This document shows positions 38,421-53,201 of a stretch of 64,000 bases of DNA, piece by piece. Origin of the DNA: Octopus sinensis (lineage: Eukaryota); NCBI RefSeq assembly GCF_006345805.1, contig NC_043006.1:43400001-43464000 (forward strand). Direction: 5' to 3'. Each line of letters starts with the position of its first letter. Positions within the stretch are counted from its first letter, which is position 1. Position numbers and translations under genes: made by a program. Under the pieces are notes generated by a model, which did not search any database, was not told the DNA's origin, and saw only the letters and a program-made list of their open reading frames with translations.

Positions 38421-39319
38421 ATTCCAGAAGAATCAAAGACAAAGAGGACATCCCATCTGGGTTTGAAACCAGAACATGAAGAATCAGAATAAATACTGCA
38501 GGATATTTTGTCTGACACTCTTATCATTTTGCTAGTCTGTCATCTGAATCTAATGTACACCACTGATTATAAAAACAACTCTGATAACTGTTACACAGTG
38601 TTTGTAACAACAAGTGACACATCTCAAATAATTGTGACAGATCTTCTCTGGTGGCTGTCACACTAGAATATTCACATGGTAATATCAAATAAACTTTCTT
38701 CTTTTATCTTATATTTCATATACCAATCTGTATATTTTATACCAATCCGTTCTTTCTTCTTTCGCTGTGAGGCAAAACTAAAGCAACCAACCTCAAGAAG
38801 GGTAATTGATAAGGCCAGTGTTTGAAGAAAACTTTACAAGATATCAGCTATCTAAAAACATACTTGATTAATTCAAATTTTATTCTCATTTTACAATTTC
38901 TTACTGAAGAAGTAAATTTGCATTTCATTCTTCAAAGTCTTTTTCTCTGTTGAGATCATAGAAGATGTTTTTATGTTAGAATTTGTACCAGCTCAAATTG
39001 CTTTGGAAATTTTTTTCTTTTTTATATATAAGCTTAAACCTCTGCTCTGAAAGATAATTTGAAGCAAAAAGAAAAAAAAAATCTTATTCTTTAATTTTCT
39101 TTCATATTTCTTTTTTTTTTCCTTATCTGTTTTGCTTAGTTATTTGGTTGGTGATGTTTTTGTTGTTGGTCTTCTCAGTTTCAAATATTTGGTTTTTACT
39201 TAATATATTGCTATTCAACTTGTAGTCTTGCAATGTTTAAACTGTTTAATATACTGCTATTCAACTTTTAGTTTGTATATATATATATATATATATGTGC
39301 ACACAGACACAGATATATA

Positions 39320-39760
39320 TCATCATCATCATCATCATCATCATTAGCGTCCGTTTTCCATGCTATGGGTTGGACGGTTCAAATGGGTCTGGGGAGCCCG
39401 AAGGCTGCACCAGGCCAGTCAGATCTGGCATTGTTTCTACAGTGGATGCCCTTCCTAACGCCAACCCTCCGAGAGTGTGTGGGTGATTTTATGTGCCACG
39501 ACACAGGTGCCAGACGAGGCTGGCGAACGGCCACGCTCGGATGGTGTTTTTATGTGCCACCGACACAGGTGCCAGACGAGGCTGGCAGACGGCCACGCTC
39601 GGATGTGTTTTATATGTGCCACCGACCAGGTGCCAGATGAGTGGCGGACGGCCACGATCGGATGGTGTTTGTTACGTCCCCAAAGCACGGAGGCCAGTCT
39701 ATGCGGTACTGGCTACGGCCACGTTCGGATGTTTTCTTGTGTGCCACCGGCATTGTACCA
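39320..39760 (+). mobile_element. Repeat family C copy with 4-5 internal tandem units of about 60 bp
   Basis: TTATGTGCCAC..CAGGTGCCAGACGAGGCTGG..ACGGCCACGCTCGGATG repeated; CpG-rich. Confidence 0.75.
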
Positions 39761-39974
39761 CAAAGATAATTCCATTTATGCCATCTATTTTGATTTATAC
39801 ACATATATATATGGTTGTGGTGTGTTGTGTGTGTGTGTACATATACATACAAACATACTCCTATATAAATGTCTTTTTGTAGATATATGTATTTATGTAA
39901 GTTTGTATATATATACATACATACATACATAATATATATATATTATATATATATATATTATATATAAGCATGCA

Positions 39975-40009
<35 letters not shown>

Positions 40010-41719
40010 AAATAAAGAGAGACAAAGAGGAGGAAAACTGTCTCATGACTGCATACACACACATACACACATATACATACACACATACACACACACGCAT
40101 ACACATACACACACATACACACACACATGCATACACTCAGTTACACACCTGCACACCATGGTACAACACTGTTTAATCAAATTGAAGTAATGAAGACATA
40201 TTAATTCTGTATGAATTTCTGTTGTTGTTTAGTTCCAAGCCAGCTCTGATCAAACAAACATGATCAGAAGACATTCTAGACATGACCATCCTGTCATCTG
40301 ACTTTTTTTTTTTTTCTCTTTACAAAATACATATTATTCAATGCATTCTTCGCTTTGTTTTCAAAGGAAGGCATTTCATTAAAACGCCTCTTTCCATAAT
40401 ATGTCTAATAGATAAGTTACAGGATAAACTGTGCTGAAGATTTCTAAATAGAATGAAATGGTGCTATACATGATTACCACTAACTAGATGTTGCAAGGGC
40501 TTTGTAATAGATAAAAAACATTAAATATGCAAACACTAACCATCTTTTTGCAGAATTCAGATTTCTAATTCTGCCCCATGTTGTGAGGGGATGGTCATCT
40601 CCATTGATTTAATGACCGTAGCTACAGGAAACCACCTGTATCATTATTTCATATGGGGTGTAAGTAACATTTGTCTACTTTTTCTTATTTCTTTATTGCC
40701 GACAAGGGGCTAAACATAGAGGGGACAAACAAGGACAGACAAAGGGATTAAGTCGATTAGATCGACCCCAGTGCATAACTGGTACTTAATTTATCGACCC
40801 CGAAAGGATGAAAGGCAAAGTCGACCTCAGCGGAATTTGAATTCAGAACATAAGGACAGATGAAATACTGCTAAGCATTTTGCCTGGCATACTGACATTT
40901 CTACCAGCTCACCACCTTGTCTACTATTTCTAACAAATTAAATCACTGATTGCATAGAACATCAGTAGTATGTAACTTGGACAGTGGAGCATCCTTGAAA
41001 GTGTTGTGAGCTTATGGTAGATGTCAATGGAGTGCTGAGGGGCATCACTGAATGTTTGGAGAGATTGTGATTTTCTTAGAAGTAAAATATTTAAGACTTC
41101 CTCACCAAGCCCACATAAATATCTAAAACAAAGGCACAAAGGCACACGCTTAATAGAATATTTTAAGAAAATGTGGATCACAAGACATTAACTTCTGTTT
41201 CATTGAAGTAATCTGTTTGTTTTTACCTCTTTCTTGCAAAATAACTGTAGCTTTGTAACTATTTAGTTTCAAGTTTAGCCCCATTGGATGGAATCTAGGG
41301 CAAGTGTCTTCTACTATGGCCCTGGATCAACCAATGTGGATGTCTGTGGTATGCATGTTTGTGTGTGTGTGTGTGGTGTGTGTGTGTGTGTGTGTGTGCA
41401 TGCATGCTTGTGCAGCTGTGTGTTTGTTCATCTGTGTGTGTGTGCATATGTGTCTGTGTCTGCATGTGTGTGTGTCTGTTGGTACATGTACGTCTGTGTG
41501 TGTGTGTACGTCTGTGTGTGTGAGTGCATGTGTGTGTGACTGTGTGTGTGTGTGTGTGCACGCGTTTGTCTGTGTGTGTGTATGTGCATGCATCTGTGTA
41601 TGTGTGTCTATGTGATTGCATTTGTCCCCTGGTTTGTTTGCCTACACATATTTTTGTTATTGTAACAGATCTAAAGTACACAGATTGAAGCCACTTGGTA
41701 CAGATTGACCTTCAACTCT

Positions 41720-41767
<48 letters not shown>

Positions 41768-41839
41768 GTTATAACATCCTCTCTCACTTTTGTTGTTTAT
41801 AGCAGTGCTTGGAAGTAAAGTGTGTAGTGTGGTTGTCTT

Positions 41840-42487
41840 GCCACACTCTTTTGAAAATTGCACAGAAAACCTGCATCAAATTTTGCCAAAAGCTTGTTGA
41901 TAAATACCTGCGCAGAGACCTACACAAAGTTTCAGAAAGTGTATGGAGGGGAATGCATGAGCTGGACACAAGAACACAAGCGGTTCAAACGTTTCCAAGA
42001 TGGCTGACAATGTGTTGACCACAACACACATTCCGGGAGACCTGCAATAAAAAAAAATTGATGAAACCATTGCAGATGTGTGTACAAATGTTCCGAACAA
42101 CCATCAGATCACTGTGCATGAGCATGAATTGTCAAAGAATGTGAACATTAGTTACAGTTCAGATCTGTCCATTTGGGTATGAGATATTTATCTGCCAAGT
42201 TTATACCATGCACAACATTCCCTAGGTCTGAAAACCATCATATACCCCCCATCCACATCCTTGTGCACAAGTTATTGGAGGATGTGAATTTCAGTTACGG
42301 TTCAGATCAGTCCATTCTCATTGAAGATTTAGGAATGAGATGTGTGTCTGCAACCATATTCCCCAGATCTTGCCCCTTGTAAGTTTTCTCTCTTTCCAAA
42401 AATCAAGTCCCACTTCAAAGGAACAAAATTGCAAGACGTCAAGGAGGTCCAAGAGAATGCAACAAAGCACCTGCTTGATATCCCAAA
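41840..42487 (+). mobile_element. Mariner transposase relic(s)
   Basis: KTCIKFCQKL..KRFQDG..SGRP..ITVHE..GMRYLSAKFIP, and PYSPDLAPCKFSLFPKIKSHFKG..IPKQEFQE (YSPDL motif). Confidence 0.85.
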
Positions 42488-42671
42488 ACAGGAGTTCCAG
42501 GAGTGGCATAGGAGTGGCTCTGTAGTAAGTAGCTTGCTTATGAACCACATAATTCCGGATTCAGTCCCACTGCATGGCACCTTGGGCAAGTGTCTTCTAC
42601 TATAGCCTCAGGTCAACCAAAGTCTCTTGAGTGGATTTGGTAGACAGAAACTGAAAGAAGCCCCTCGTATA

Positions 42672-42720
<49 letters not shown>

Positions 42721-42945
42721 GTGTGTGTGTATACGTTTGTGTGTCTGTTTGTCCCCCCAACATCGCTTGACAACCAATGCTGGTGTGTTTACGTCCCTGT
42801 AACTTAGCAGTTCACCAAAAGAGACCAATATAATAAGTACTAGCCTTACAAAGAATAAGTCCTGGGGTCATTTTTCTCGACTAAAAGTGGTGCTCCAGCA
42901 TGGCCACAGTCAAATGATTGAAACAAGTAAATGAGTAAAAGAGTA
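42485..42945 (+). mobile_element. SINE family A inserted at the end of the mariner relic
   Basis: Full consensus match. Confidence 0.85.
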
Positions 42946-44094
42946 AAGAGAGAATGCTTCCGTTATTGGAAACAACACTAGATAAGACATCTGGTCCCAG
43001 AAGGGGATTACTTCGAAGGAGATTAAGTACCAAATTGATACATGTTGTAGTTTTCTTTTTACAGCACCAGTCCTGATATTTTGGGATCAGACTTCATACA
43101 AACTCACATATATGTTTCTTTATTACCCACAAGGGGCTAAACATAGAGGGGACAAACAAGGACAGACAAACGGATTAAGACGATTACATCGCCCCCAGTG
43201 CTTAACTGGTACTTAATTTATCGACCCCGAAAGGATGAAAGGCAAAGTCGACCTCGGCGGAATTTGAACTCAGAACATAACGGCAGACGAAATACGGCTA
43301 CACATTTTGCCCGGCGTGCTAACGGTTCTGCCAGCTCGCCGCCTTTTTAAACTCACATATATAATACAAACTCACATATATAATGGGCTTTCACGCAGTT
43401 TCCATCAGCTAAATTCATTATGCGGCATTGGCTGGCCCAGGGGCTATAGTAGAAGACACTTCCCCAATGTGCCGCGCAGTGGGATTGAACCTAAAACCAC
43501 ATGGTTGTAAAGCGAGCATCTTAACCATGCAGCCATACCTGCACCTAACACTGAAATACAACCACGTGAATTAACTTGGATTATTTTGGATAAATTGCTT
43601 CAGAAAGATGCTCTTTATCTTCTTCAGATGTTTTGGGAATGTTGATTCACTTAAGGATTGTTGCACTGAAGCCATTCAAGGAATGGTTCTAGTTTAACTT
43701 CATAAAACTGTGCAAAATTATATAAATAACGAAAGGAATAAATAAATAGATAAATAAATAAATATAAAGTTTAAAATAAAATTTTACACTTACATTTTTA
43801 TGTTTACTGGAAAAACAGTTTTCCATTTCTCAGTCAAATACTGTATAAATTTACATAATTAATGTAAATAAATTAGTTTTCTAATCAGTAATTATTCAAA
43901 AGTCTGTTGCAGAGCTTTGAGGGTCTACATTCTTTTTATTTATTTCTTTATCTATTTTTCATTTTTTTTCCACTTGTCAGTAAGAAATTTCAGAAATATT
44001 TGCATTGTCTATGGCTTTCTCCTTAAAAACATACACCTTCTAGAAAATATTTCAGTTACCAAGGTGCCTGGTATTTAGAAGTCAAAATAGATTC

Positions 44095-44342
44095 TTTTAT
44101 TCTTTTACTCTTTTATTTGTTTCAGTCATTTTTGACTGCGGCCAAGCTGGAGCACCACCTTTAGTCAAGCAAATCGAACCCAGGACTTATTCTTTGTAAA
44201 CTTAGTACTTATTCTATTGGTCTCTTTTGCCAAACCGCTAAGTTACAGGGACATAAACACCCCAGCATCGGTTGTCAAGTAATGTTGGGGAGACAAACAC
44301 AAACACACAAACATATACACACACATACACACACACACACAG

Positions 44343-44382
<40 letters not shown>

Positions 44383-44545
44383 GACAGGCTTCTTTCAGTT
44401 TCCATCAACCAAATCCACTCACAAGGCTTTGGTCGGACCAAGACTATAGTAGAAGACACTCACCCAAGGTGCCCTGCAGTGGGACTGAATCCGGAACCGT
44501 ATGGTTGGTAAGCAAGCTACTTACCACACAGCCACTCCTGCGCCT
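44095..44545 (-). mobile_element. SINE family A, full length
   Basis: Reverse complement of the consensus. Confidence 0.85.
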
Positions 44546-44881
44546 ACATTGGTGGCAAAGACTAAATAACAAACTCTCAGTAACAAAGTACTTGGTGTTT
44601 AACCTTTCGTTACTGGGATTTTTTGGGTTTTTTATACTAGTTTTTGAGTAAAAGCATTTTAGCAAAAAAGGCTGATATATTTCTCAAACCAGGAAATACA
44701 TACCACTGAGTGTGTGTGTGTGTGTGTGTGTGTGTTGTGTGTGTGTGTGTGTGCGTGCGCGTGTGTGTGTGTGTGTATGTTTTATTGTTTGCTTACATTC
44801 AACTTAGAACATAGAATAAATGTCGATGTGATATTATTGCCTGGTCATCGTAAAGAGTCACAGAAGAGAACGCTGTGCTAA

Positions 44882-44914
<33 letters not shown>

Positions 44915-45112
44915 CATTGAAGGATGACTAAGAAAGAAATAATGATTATTATCTTAAACCAACATTTCTATTCTACTTAATTGACTACGAGAAGGTGGTT
45001 TAGATGAGTTGGAGAAAAGTTCAGTCGAGATGCACATAAAGATGAATATATTGATAATTATACAAGTATATCTCTGCTCCGTCTGTTTGTACATATGTAC
45101 ATAAGATATATA

Positions 45113-45195
<83 letters not shown>

Positions 45196-45391
45196 TAGAT
45201 ATATATAATTATGTGTTTGCTAAATATATGTGTGGGCATGTATATTTATATATGATATATATGTGTATATACATATATGTGTATGTATCTATACATATAT
45301 ATATAAACACACACACACATACATACACACATTTACACACATGCAGATATTATGGTATGTTACTATACAGTTATATATATGTCTGTATGTG

Positions 45392-45426
<35 letters not shown>

Positions 45427-45912
45427 TTATATATATACAGTTATGTATGTGTATATATATATGTGTGTGTGTGTGTGTGTATGTATATATATCTATAAAT
45501 GTATAGAGAGAGACAGACAGACAGATAGAGAGACAGACATAGACAGAGAGATAGAGAGATACTTTTCTACTCTAGGCACAAAGCCCAAAATTTTTGGGGA
45601 ATGGGGGGCAGTTGATTATATCGACTCCAGTACGCAACTGGTACTTAATTTATTGACCTTGAAAGGATGAAAGGCAAAGTCGACCTCGGTGGAATTTGAA
45701 CTCAGAATGTAAAGACAGATGAAATACTACCCAGCATTTCACTTGGTGTGCTAACATCTTTATCAGCTCACTGCCTTAATATATATAATATATATATATA
45801 TATACGGCCTGCTCACTTAGCCAGTGGTGTGGCATCATTTGAAGACTAAAACAATGCGAAGCGCATTGTAACCAGCGATGTGTAGCAACACCTGATAGCC
45901 TGGTCGGTCACG

Positions 45913-46093
<181 letters not shown>

Positions 46094-46142
46094 ATATACA
46101 TATACACATATATATCATATATTTATATACACATATAATGTA

Positions 46143-46310
46143 GACGTAGGAGTGGATGTGTGGTAAGTAGCCTGCTTACGTACCACATGGTTCTGGGTTC
46201 AGTTCCACTGCATGGCACCTTGGGAAAGTGTCTTCTACTATAGCCTCAGGCCAACCAAAGCCTCTTGAGTGGATTTGGTAGACAGAAACTGAAAGAAGCC
46301 CGTCGTATAA

Positions 46311-46356
<46 letters not shown>

Positions 46357-46580
46357 GTGTGTGTATGTGTTTGTGTGTCTGTGTTTGTCCCCCCAACATC
46401 ACTTGACAACTGATGCAGGTGTGTCTACGTCCCTGTAATTTAGCGGTTCATCAAAAGACACCAATAGAATAAGTACTAGGCTTACAAAGAATAAGTCCTG
46501 GGGTTGATTTGCTCAACTAAAAAGGGGTGCTCCAGCATGGTCACAGTCAATGACTGAAATGAGTAAAAGAGTAAAAGAGT
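46143..46580 (+). mobile_element. SINE family A, full length (further copies at 48185-48545, 48710-49090, 51340-51725)
   Basis: Consensus match. Confidence 0.85.
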
Positions 46581-46623
46581 ATATATATATAATATATATA
46601 TATAATATATATATATAATATAT

Positions 46624-46656
<33 letters not shown>

Positions 46657-46984
46657 GTACACATGTATGTATATGTGTGTGTATGTGTATGTATGTGTGC
46701 GTGTATGTATGTATGTAAGTACGTATGTATGGTTGTGTCTGTAGTGTGTATGTGAGTGAGAAATATAATGACAGCAAATGTTGATTGAAGATGGAGGTAA
46801 GAGAATGTCTTGTAATGGCCTAGACATCATACAAACCTCTGATCCTAATAAGACATTTCTCAGGAGATGTTAAAGTCAAAACTAAGTTATAAAAAAATTA
46901 ATGAATGTTCCAGAATGTTTCATCTGTATAGAAGTGGGTCTTTGATGTTAACTGATATTTTATTACAACTGCTACAAGATAAGA

Positions 46985-47171
46985 TTATCTGTAATATATG
47001 TTTATCTGCATTGGTAGTTGAGGACTTGCTGTTGTGATATTCCCAAATATGGTAATGTGAGACACAAAGCAATGCTTAAATCTAAACAATGAATCCAGAT
47101 GTTCAAGGATGTAGAATCTATTCCAAATGATGATCTCCAACACTTTCAATGTCTTTGTGTTGCAAACACTT
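46985..47171 (-). other. Candidate exon or open frame (SVCNTKTLKVLEIIIWNRF..)
   Basis: Acceptor TTATGTATTCTGTATAG followed by about 60 open codons; no convincing donor. Confidence 0.15.
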
Positions 47172-47844
47172 CTATACAGAATACATAAATTTACATAGGA
47201 CAAGGTAAAGTGGTTAGCATTAGGAAGGGCTTCCAGTTGTAGAAACCATGCTAAATCTGACCATAAAGTTTGCCACAACTCTGCGGCTCTCTGGGTGCTG
47301 TCAGACCACTCGACCCATACTAGCATGGGAAACAGATGTTGAGTGATGATGGTGATAACGTTGAATGATGATGATGGGGAAGACAACGACGATGACATTG
47401 ATGATGACGACGACAATGAAAAACAAAATGCATATATGGAAGAGTTCAAAAATGATTGAAATTCCAAGCCTTGATTGAATGAAAACAGCAAACAGAATCC
47501 AACCCATGCCAGCATGGAAAAGAGAGGTTAAATGATGATAATAATGAGAAAGAAAAAATCTTTATGACCATATTTATACAAATAATTTCAACCATTGGTG
47601 GAATTAGAATCTGTATGAATGGTCTGCTAAACAAAAGTGCTGGGCTAATATCAAGTTGAGTAAAAAGTAAGCAAACATGAAGAATTTGTACCAGATTTTT
47701 GCAGAGTTTTGAATTTTTTAAACATTTTTTTTTGCAAGTGTCTGATAATTCAAACATAGACTTAACCAAATGCTTCAATAAATTAACATTGATATTTTTT
47801 CCACCATTGTTACAATCATCTGAAACAGAACTGTTAAAGCGCGA

Positions 47845-48092
47845 TATTTGAGCAATTTTGCTATTCAACTTCAAAAAGGATGTAAAGCAGCTGAAATTGC
47901 TCACAAAAACGTTTGGTGAGGAAATGACCAGTGAGTGGTCAGCTCAAAAATAGTTTAAATGATTTCACAGTGGAGACCTGAGCGAGTGTAATGGACGCCC
48001 ATCTGTCATCGATGATGGTCAATTAAAGACCATCATTGAGAATGATCCACGTAAAACCACTCAAGAACTGGCCAAAGAACTTCAAGTTAGCC
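47845..48092 (+). mobile_element. Mariner transposase N-terminal HTH relic
   Basis: AILLFNFKK..KAAEIA..FGEEM..F..FHSGD..GRPSVIDDGQLKTIIENDPRKTTQELAKELQVS. Confidence 0.8.
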
Positions 48093-48620
48093 AGATTTTT
48101 ATGTTACCAGAATAAATGAACTTGTAACTTGTTGGCAAAAATGCGTTGATTGTAATGGTAATTACTTTGATGAATAAAATTCCCATAGGCGTAGGAGTGG
48201 CTGTGTGGTAGGTAGCTTGCTTACCAACCGCATAGTTCCGGGTTCAGTAGCATCTTGGGCAAGTGTCTTGTGAGTGGATTTGGGGGACGGAAACTGAAAG
48301 AAGCCTGTGTATTTATGTATATATATATATGTTTGTGTGTGTATATGATGTGTATCTGTGTTTGTCCCCCCCAACAACTGATGGTGGTGTGTTTACGTCT
48401 CCGTAACTTAGCACTTCAGCAAAAGAGACCGATATAATAAGTACTAGGCTTACAAAGAATAAATCCTGGGGTCGATTTGATTCGACTAAAGGCAGTGCTC
48501 CAGCATGGCCACAGTCAAATGACTGAAACTAGAAAAAGAAAAGAAAAGAAAAAAAAGAACATTGTTGAAATATATTGTGATGAATTTCATGTCTCAAAAC
48601 GTTGCTTACTTTTTACTCAG

Positions 48621-48712
48621 CCTGATAGTTACTGGAAGTATCTCTGCAGAAGATAAGAGTATTAGGAATTTTTCGAGCATACCACATTTAGTAAAGAATG
48701 AATGCTGTACAG
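48621..48712 (+). other. Candidate exon (LIVTGSISAEDKSIRNFSSIPHLVKNECCT)
   Basis: Acceptor TTACTTTTTACTCAG and donor CAG|GTATGT; one frame open; the donor overlaps a SINE start. Confidence 0.15.
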
Positions 48713-49551
48713 GTATGTGTGGTTAAGAAGCTCATTTTACAACCATATGGTTTCAGGTTCAGTCCCACTGCACAACACCTTCAGTAAGTGTCTTCTACAA
48801 TAACATCAGACTGACCAATGTCTTGTAAGTGAATTTACTAGACAGAAACTGTGTGGAGGCCTGTCATATATATGTGTTTATCTGAGTGTGTGTGTGTCTG
48901 TGAATGTATTTTGTGTCTATGTTTGTCCCTCACTGTGACAACCAATGTTGGTTTGTTCATGTCCTTGTAACTTAGCAGTTTGGCAAAAGAAACCACTAGA
49001 ATAAGTATCAGATTTATAAATAAGTACTGGGGGTGATCTATTCAAGGTGGTGCCCCAATATGGCCACGGTCCAATGACTATTACAAGTAAAAGAAGATTA
49101 AAGAAAATACTGGTTAGATCAGCATTTTCAAAGAACCATTTGTTAGATGTAAAAAAAAAAAGCTTAAAACAATCAATCAAAAATAATTAAACAAAAATAA
49201 CTAATCAGAGCAATATTGTTGACAACCAAAAGGAAAAACACATGTAATTTGGTGGTTGCTTTATCTTTTATCTTTTACTTGTTTCAGTCATTAGACTGCA
49301 GCCATGCTGGGGCACTGCTTTGGCGAATTTTAATCAAATGAATTCCACACACCCCCAGTACATTTTGTTGTTTGTTTATTCTTAAGCCTGGTACTTATTT
49401 TATCAGTATCTTTTGTCGAACTGCTAAGTTACTGGAACATAAACCCTTCAGCACCAGTTGTCAAGCAGTGGTGGGGGACTAACACAGATACAAATACACA
49501 CACACACATATACAGCAACACCAGCAGGTACAGCACCAACAACAACGCCCA

Positions 49552-50095
49552 CGGAGATACATTGGATATTCTGGGAACACTTTCAAGTAACATCTCTCCA
49601 ACCACAGGTCCTCCTTCAGAGTCCCAGAAAGGAGATATGAAACATTGCTGGCCAGCCACGTCTGGCAACTAAGAGACAATGGGATTCCATACTCAATCTC
49701 ATGGAAAATCCTCAAGAACCCAGGCCCCTACATCAACAGGACAAAGCGTTGCAAGTTATGCAAAGCTGAACATGCAAGAATTCTAAAAGACTCTCTCAAA
49801 CCAGGAAACATCCTTAACTCCAGAATGAAGATTTTCAGTCCATGTTTACATTTCAGGAGGTTCTTGCTAGCATTTTGGAGCCCACAAGGTGGCAGCACAG
49901 CTGGAAGTCAATAGCCAATTGCAAAGGGAGGTAATCCCTAATTGTTACTTTTGAGTAGTGAGGTATTTCCCCCTCCATATTTTGAAGAGGTCATGGGCCA
50001 ACAGGTTTTGGGGATCTGATGATATACCATAAAGATAAACCCTTTATGGACAGGAAACCTAAGATAATCACATAAACTGGCCTTCCCCATTTTTA
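49552..50095 (+). mobile_element. Penelope-like element 3' end: GIY-YIG endonuclease + pLTR
   Basis: RRYIGYSGNTFK*HLSNHRSSF..LASHVWQLRDNGIPYSISWKIL..TKRCKLC..LNSR..SPCLH; hammerhead motif at 50004-50078. Confidence 0.85.
50004..50078 (+). ncRNA. Type I hammerhead motif, family F2 (cleavage triplet decayed to AUA)
   Basis: GGTTTTGGGGAT-CTGATGA-..CCATAAAG/CTTTATGG..-GAAAC-CTAAG-ATA. Confidence 0.6.
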
Positions 50096-51995
50096 ATATA
50101 TATATATATATATATATATGATAGGCTTCTTTCAGTTTCTGTCTACCAAATCCACTCACAAGGATTTGGTCAGACCAAGACAATAATAAAAACACTTGCC
50201 CAAGGTGTCACACAGTGGGATTGAACCTAGACCCATGTAGTTGAAAAGCAAACTTCTTACTACACAGCCACACTTGTGACAAATAGGAAAGTAGAAAACC
50301 ACATGTTCAATAGAATTTTTATGCTTTCTTGGGGAGTTACTGAATGACCTTTTTATGGAGTTAAAGAAGAGTGAAGAAAATTTGGGGATGTTTTCTCATC
50401 CTATACATGCCCAAACTGGTTTGAAAGAGACGACCACTTGGTCATGATTGATGTGCTCTTAACTCAGAATGCTGCTCTAGATTCTGTCATGCCCATGGCT
50501 GAAGGGCATTCAATTGTGTGCTGATAACATTCTGATTTAAACAATCAAATGACATGAATATGATGAAAACAACAAGTGATTTACTTAGTGAAGATGTATC
50601 TGTTAAACTTGCTCTTCTTGTATAACTTGGAGAGTGGCCATTTTTCCTCTGGTGTTTCAGGAGATGGAATAAGAAAAGAAAGGTGAGGAAACTATGTTAT
50701 CAATGTCTAACAATTAGTTGTTCTGACTGAAAGATTTTGAAGTGTTGTACAGGAGTTGCAAACTATTTTAGCATGAATAAATGATGAAGGACGTCCATGG
50801 TGTAGTTTGGATAAATAAAGTGTAAAGTAGGCTGCCTGCGTTTAAATCAACCAATACTTTTATTCTTGTTAAATTGAATAAATCGATCATAATAGATCAA
50901 TAGCAATAAAGTTGTTACAAAGTTGAAATCACAGTTAAAAGTGTCCAACTAGATGTATTGTAAAGAAATTGGTTTTATTGCAAAATATTCACAGCATAAT
51001 TTAGTGGTAAGCAAAAATAAAAATTAAGCTATGACATGACATGGTAAAGAATATGTGAGTCTGTGATAGCATGTATGTGTCTGTCTTTTCAAATGTCTAC
51101 CATAACTTGCACATACATATTTATATGTAGGTATGTATATTGCTGATGTTCTAGGAATTCAGAACCTTTAAGAGCTTTTAAAAGAATTCAGTTTTAATGG
51201 TTGAACTTAAAGTAGAAAAGCTATGAATAATAGCATGTAAATATTAGGTTTGGAAAGAAAAAGTTGAAGGCCCGTGGGACTCAAACCCACATCTCACATA
51301 AACAGAATATTTACACCCATTAAAAGCGAATTATATATATACATAGGTGGCTGTGTGGTAAGAAGCTTGCTTACCAACCAGGTTCCAGGTTCAGTCCCAC
51401 TGCATGGCACCTTGGGCAAATGTCTTCTACTATAGTCTCAGGCCAACCAAAGCTTTGTGAGTGAATTCAGTAGACAGAAACTGAAAGAAGCCTGTTGTAT
51501 ATATATGATTATATGTTTGCATGTCTGTGTTTGTCTCCACCCATCATCACTTGACAACCGATGCTGGTGTGTTTACATCCTTGTAATTTAGTGTTTCAGC
51601 AAAAGAGACTGATAGAATAAGTACTAGTCTTACAAAGAATAAGTCCTGGGGTTGATTTGTTTGACTAAAGGCGGTACGCCTGCATGGCCCCAGTCAAATG
51701 ACTGAAACCAATGAAAGAATAAAAGAATGTATGAAATTGTGAGGAATAAGGATTATTTCCATTGGCTTGTACAGTGCCTAGGGATAAGAGAACATACAAC
51801 AGAGATGAAGAGAGAAGAGGTGGCTAAACCAGTTGAATCTAAATAAAGATAGCTTGAGATAAGCCAGCTCTAGAAAACAAGGATTACTACAGTAACAGCA
51901 GAAAATGCAGAGCAAGATCGATAGACATCTGTTGGCCAGAGACTGAAATATATTGGTGAATAATTCTAAGTTGTCAGTCGGGTAACATTTTTCTG

Positions 51996-52420
51996 CAGCG
52001 CTGGATTAATCATTAAGCAAAATAAGCATGTGCTTAGGGCATCAAAGGAAGGAGGGGGTACCACAGAAATGGTAAATGGTTGACAGCACAAAAGAAATCA
52101 TTTTAAACTTGCTAAAATAATATTTGGGATGCTTTTGTCTCTACTAAGTATAGATGTAGTTGTGTTACCTAAATTTAATTTTGAGGATCTGATCAAAGAC
52201 TTTGCAATTCAAAAAAGTAGGAGGAAACTTTTCAAATATAAATAAAGTGGAAGTAGACAAAAATAAACATTATTTTCCCTCTTACTGTTTTGTTTCGTTT
52301 TGAAAAACACAAATTTATTTTATGGTTTGTTATTGTTATATTTTGAATTACATAATCTTTTATGGGGGCACCAAAATCATTTCAGTGCTTAGGGCCTCGA
52401 TGGGTCTTAATCCAGCCCTG
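51996..52420. mobile_element. MITE with 14-bp TIRs
   Basis: CAGCGCTGGATTAA ... TTAATCCAGCCCTG. Confidence 0.7.
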
Positions 52421-52451
52421 TTTTTCTAGCAGTGAATTAATACATTGTGTG

Positions 52452-52790
52452 AAGGCACATGGCTCAGTGGTTAGAGCGTCCAGCATACGATCGTGAGGTT
52501 GTGAGTTCGATTCCCAGACTGGGCTGTGTGTTGTGTTCTTGAGCAAGACACTTTATTTCACGTTGCGCCAGTTCACTCAGCTGTAGAAATGAGTAGCGAT
52601 GTCCCAAGTGCCAAGCTGTATTGACCTCTTTGCCTTTCCCTTGGATAACATCAGTGGTGTGGGGAGGGGACGCTGGTATGCATGGGCGACTGCTGGCCTT
52701 CCATAAGCAACCTTGCCCGGACTCGTGCCTCGGAGGGTAACTTTTTAGTTGCAATCCCATGGTCATTCATGACCAAAGGGGATCTCCTCC
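52452..52790 (+). mobile_element. SINE family D, full length
   Basis: A box TGGCTCAGTGG, B box GAGTTCGATTCC; matches 22596-22935. Confidence 0.8.
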
Positions 52791-53201
52791 TTTAATACAT
52801 TAACCCCCATGGCATGTTACTGGAACTTACTGGTGATGCCACATATTTCTGGTCACACAATATGCTGTTTAATTACAAGGAAATGTAATTTGTTTTGCCT
52901 TTTTACAATATTTCATAATTAAACTTTAATATTTATCGCTCATGTTATTTAAATATCCTAGAATTTCTCAGATTATGAAAACATACCACCAGTGGCAATG
53001 TGGCAGTTGACATGTTATGATGTCCTTGTATGCAATAAGAAGCCCTGTTCTGTATGAAGGACCAGGATAGTAGCTAATGAAGAAATATTTACATCAGATC
53101 TTACAAAGTTATAATTTGTCCAATGAAATGATGGCTAGCATGTATGGATGACCAGAAGAAATAGAAAGTGAAACAAAAGGTTACATTTTTATTTTTAATT
53201 A

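Noticed and set aside
39480-39720. CAGACGAG..GAAC in the family C tandem units resembling a hammerhead
   Set aside because: The core (CAG instead of CTG, GAAC instead of GAAA) and the helices do not fit.
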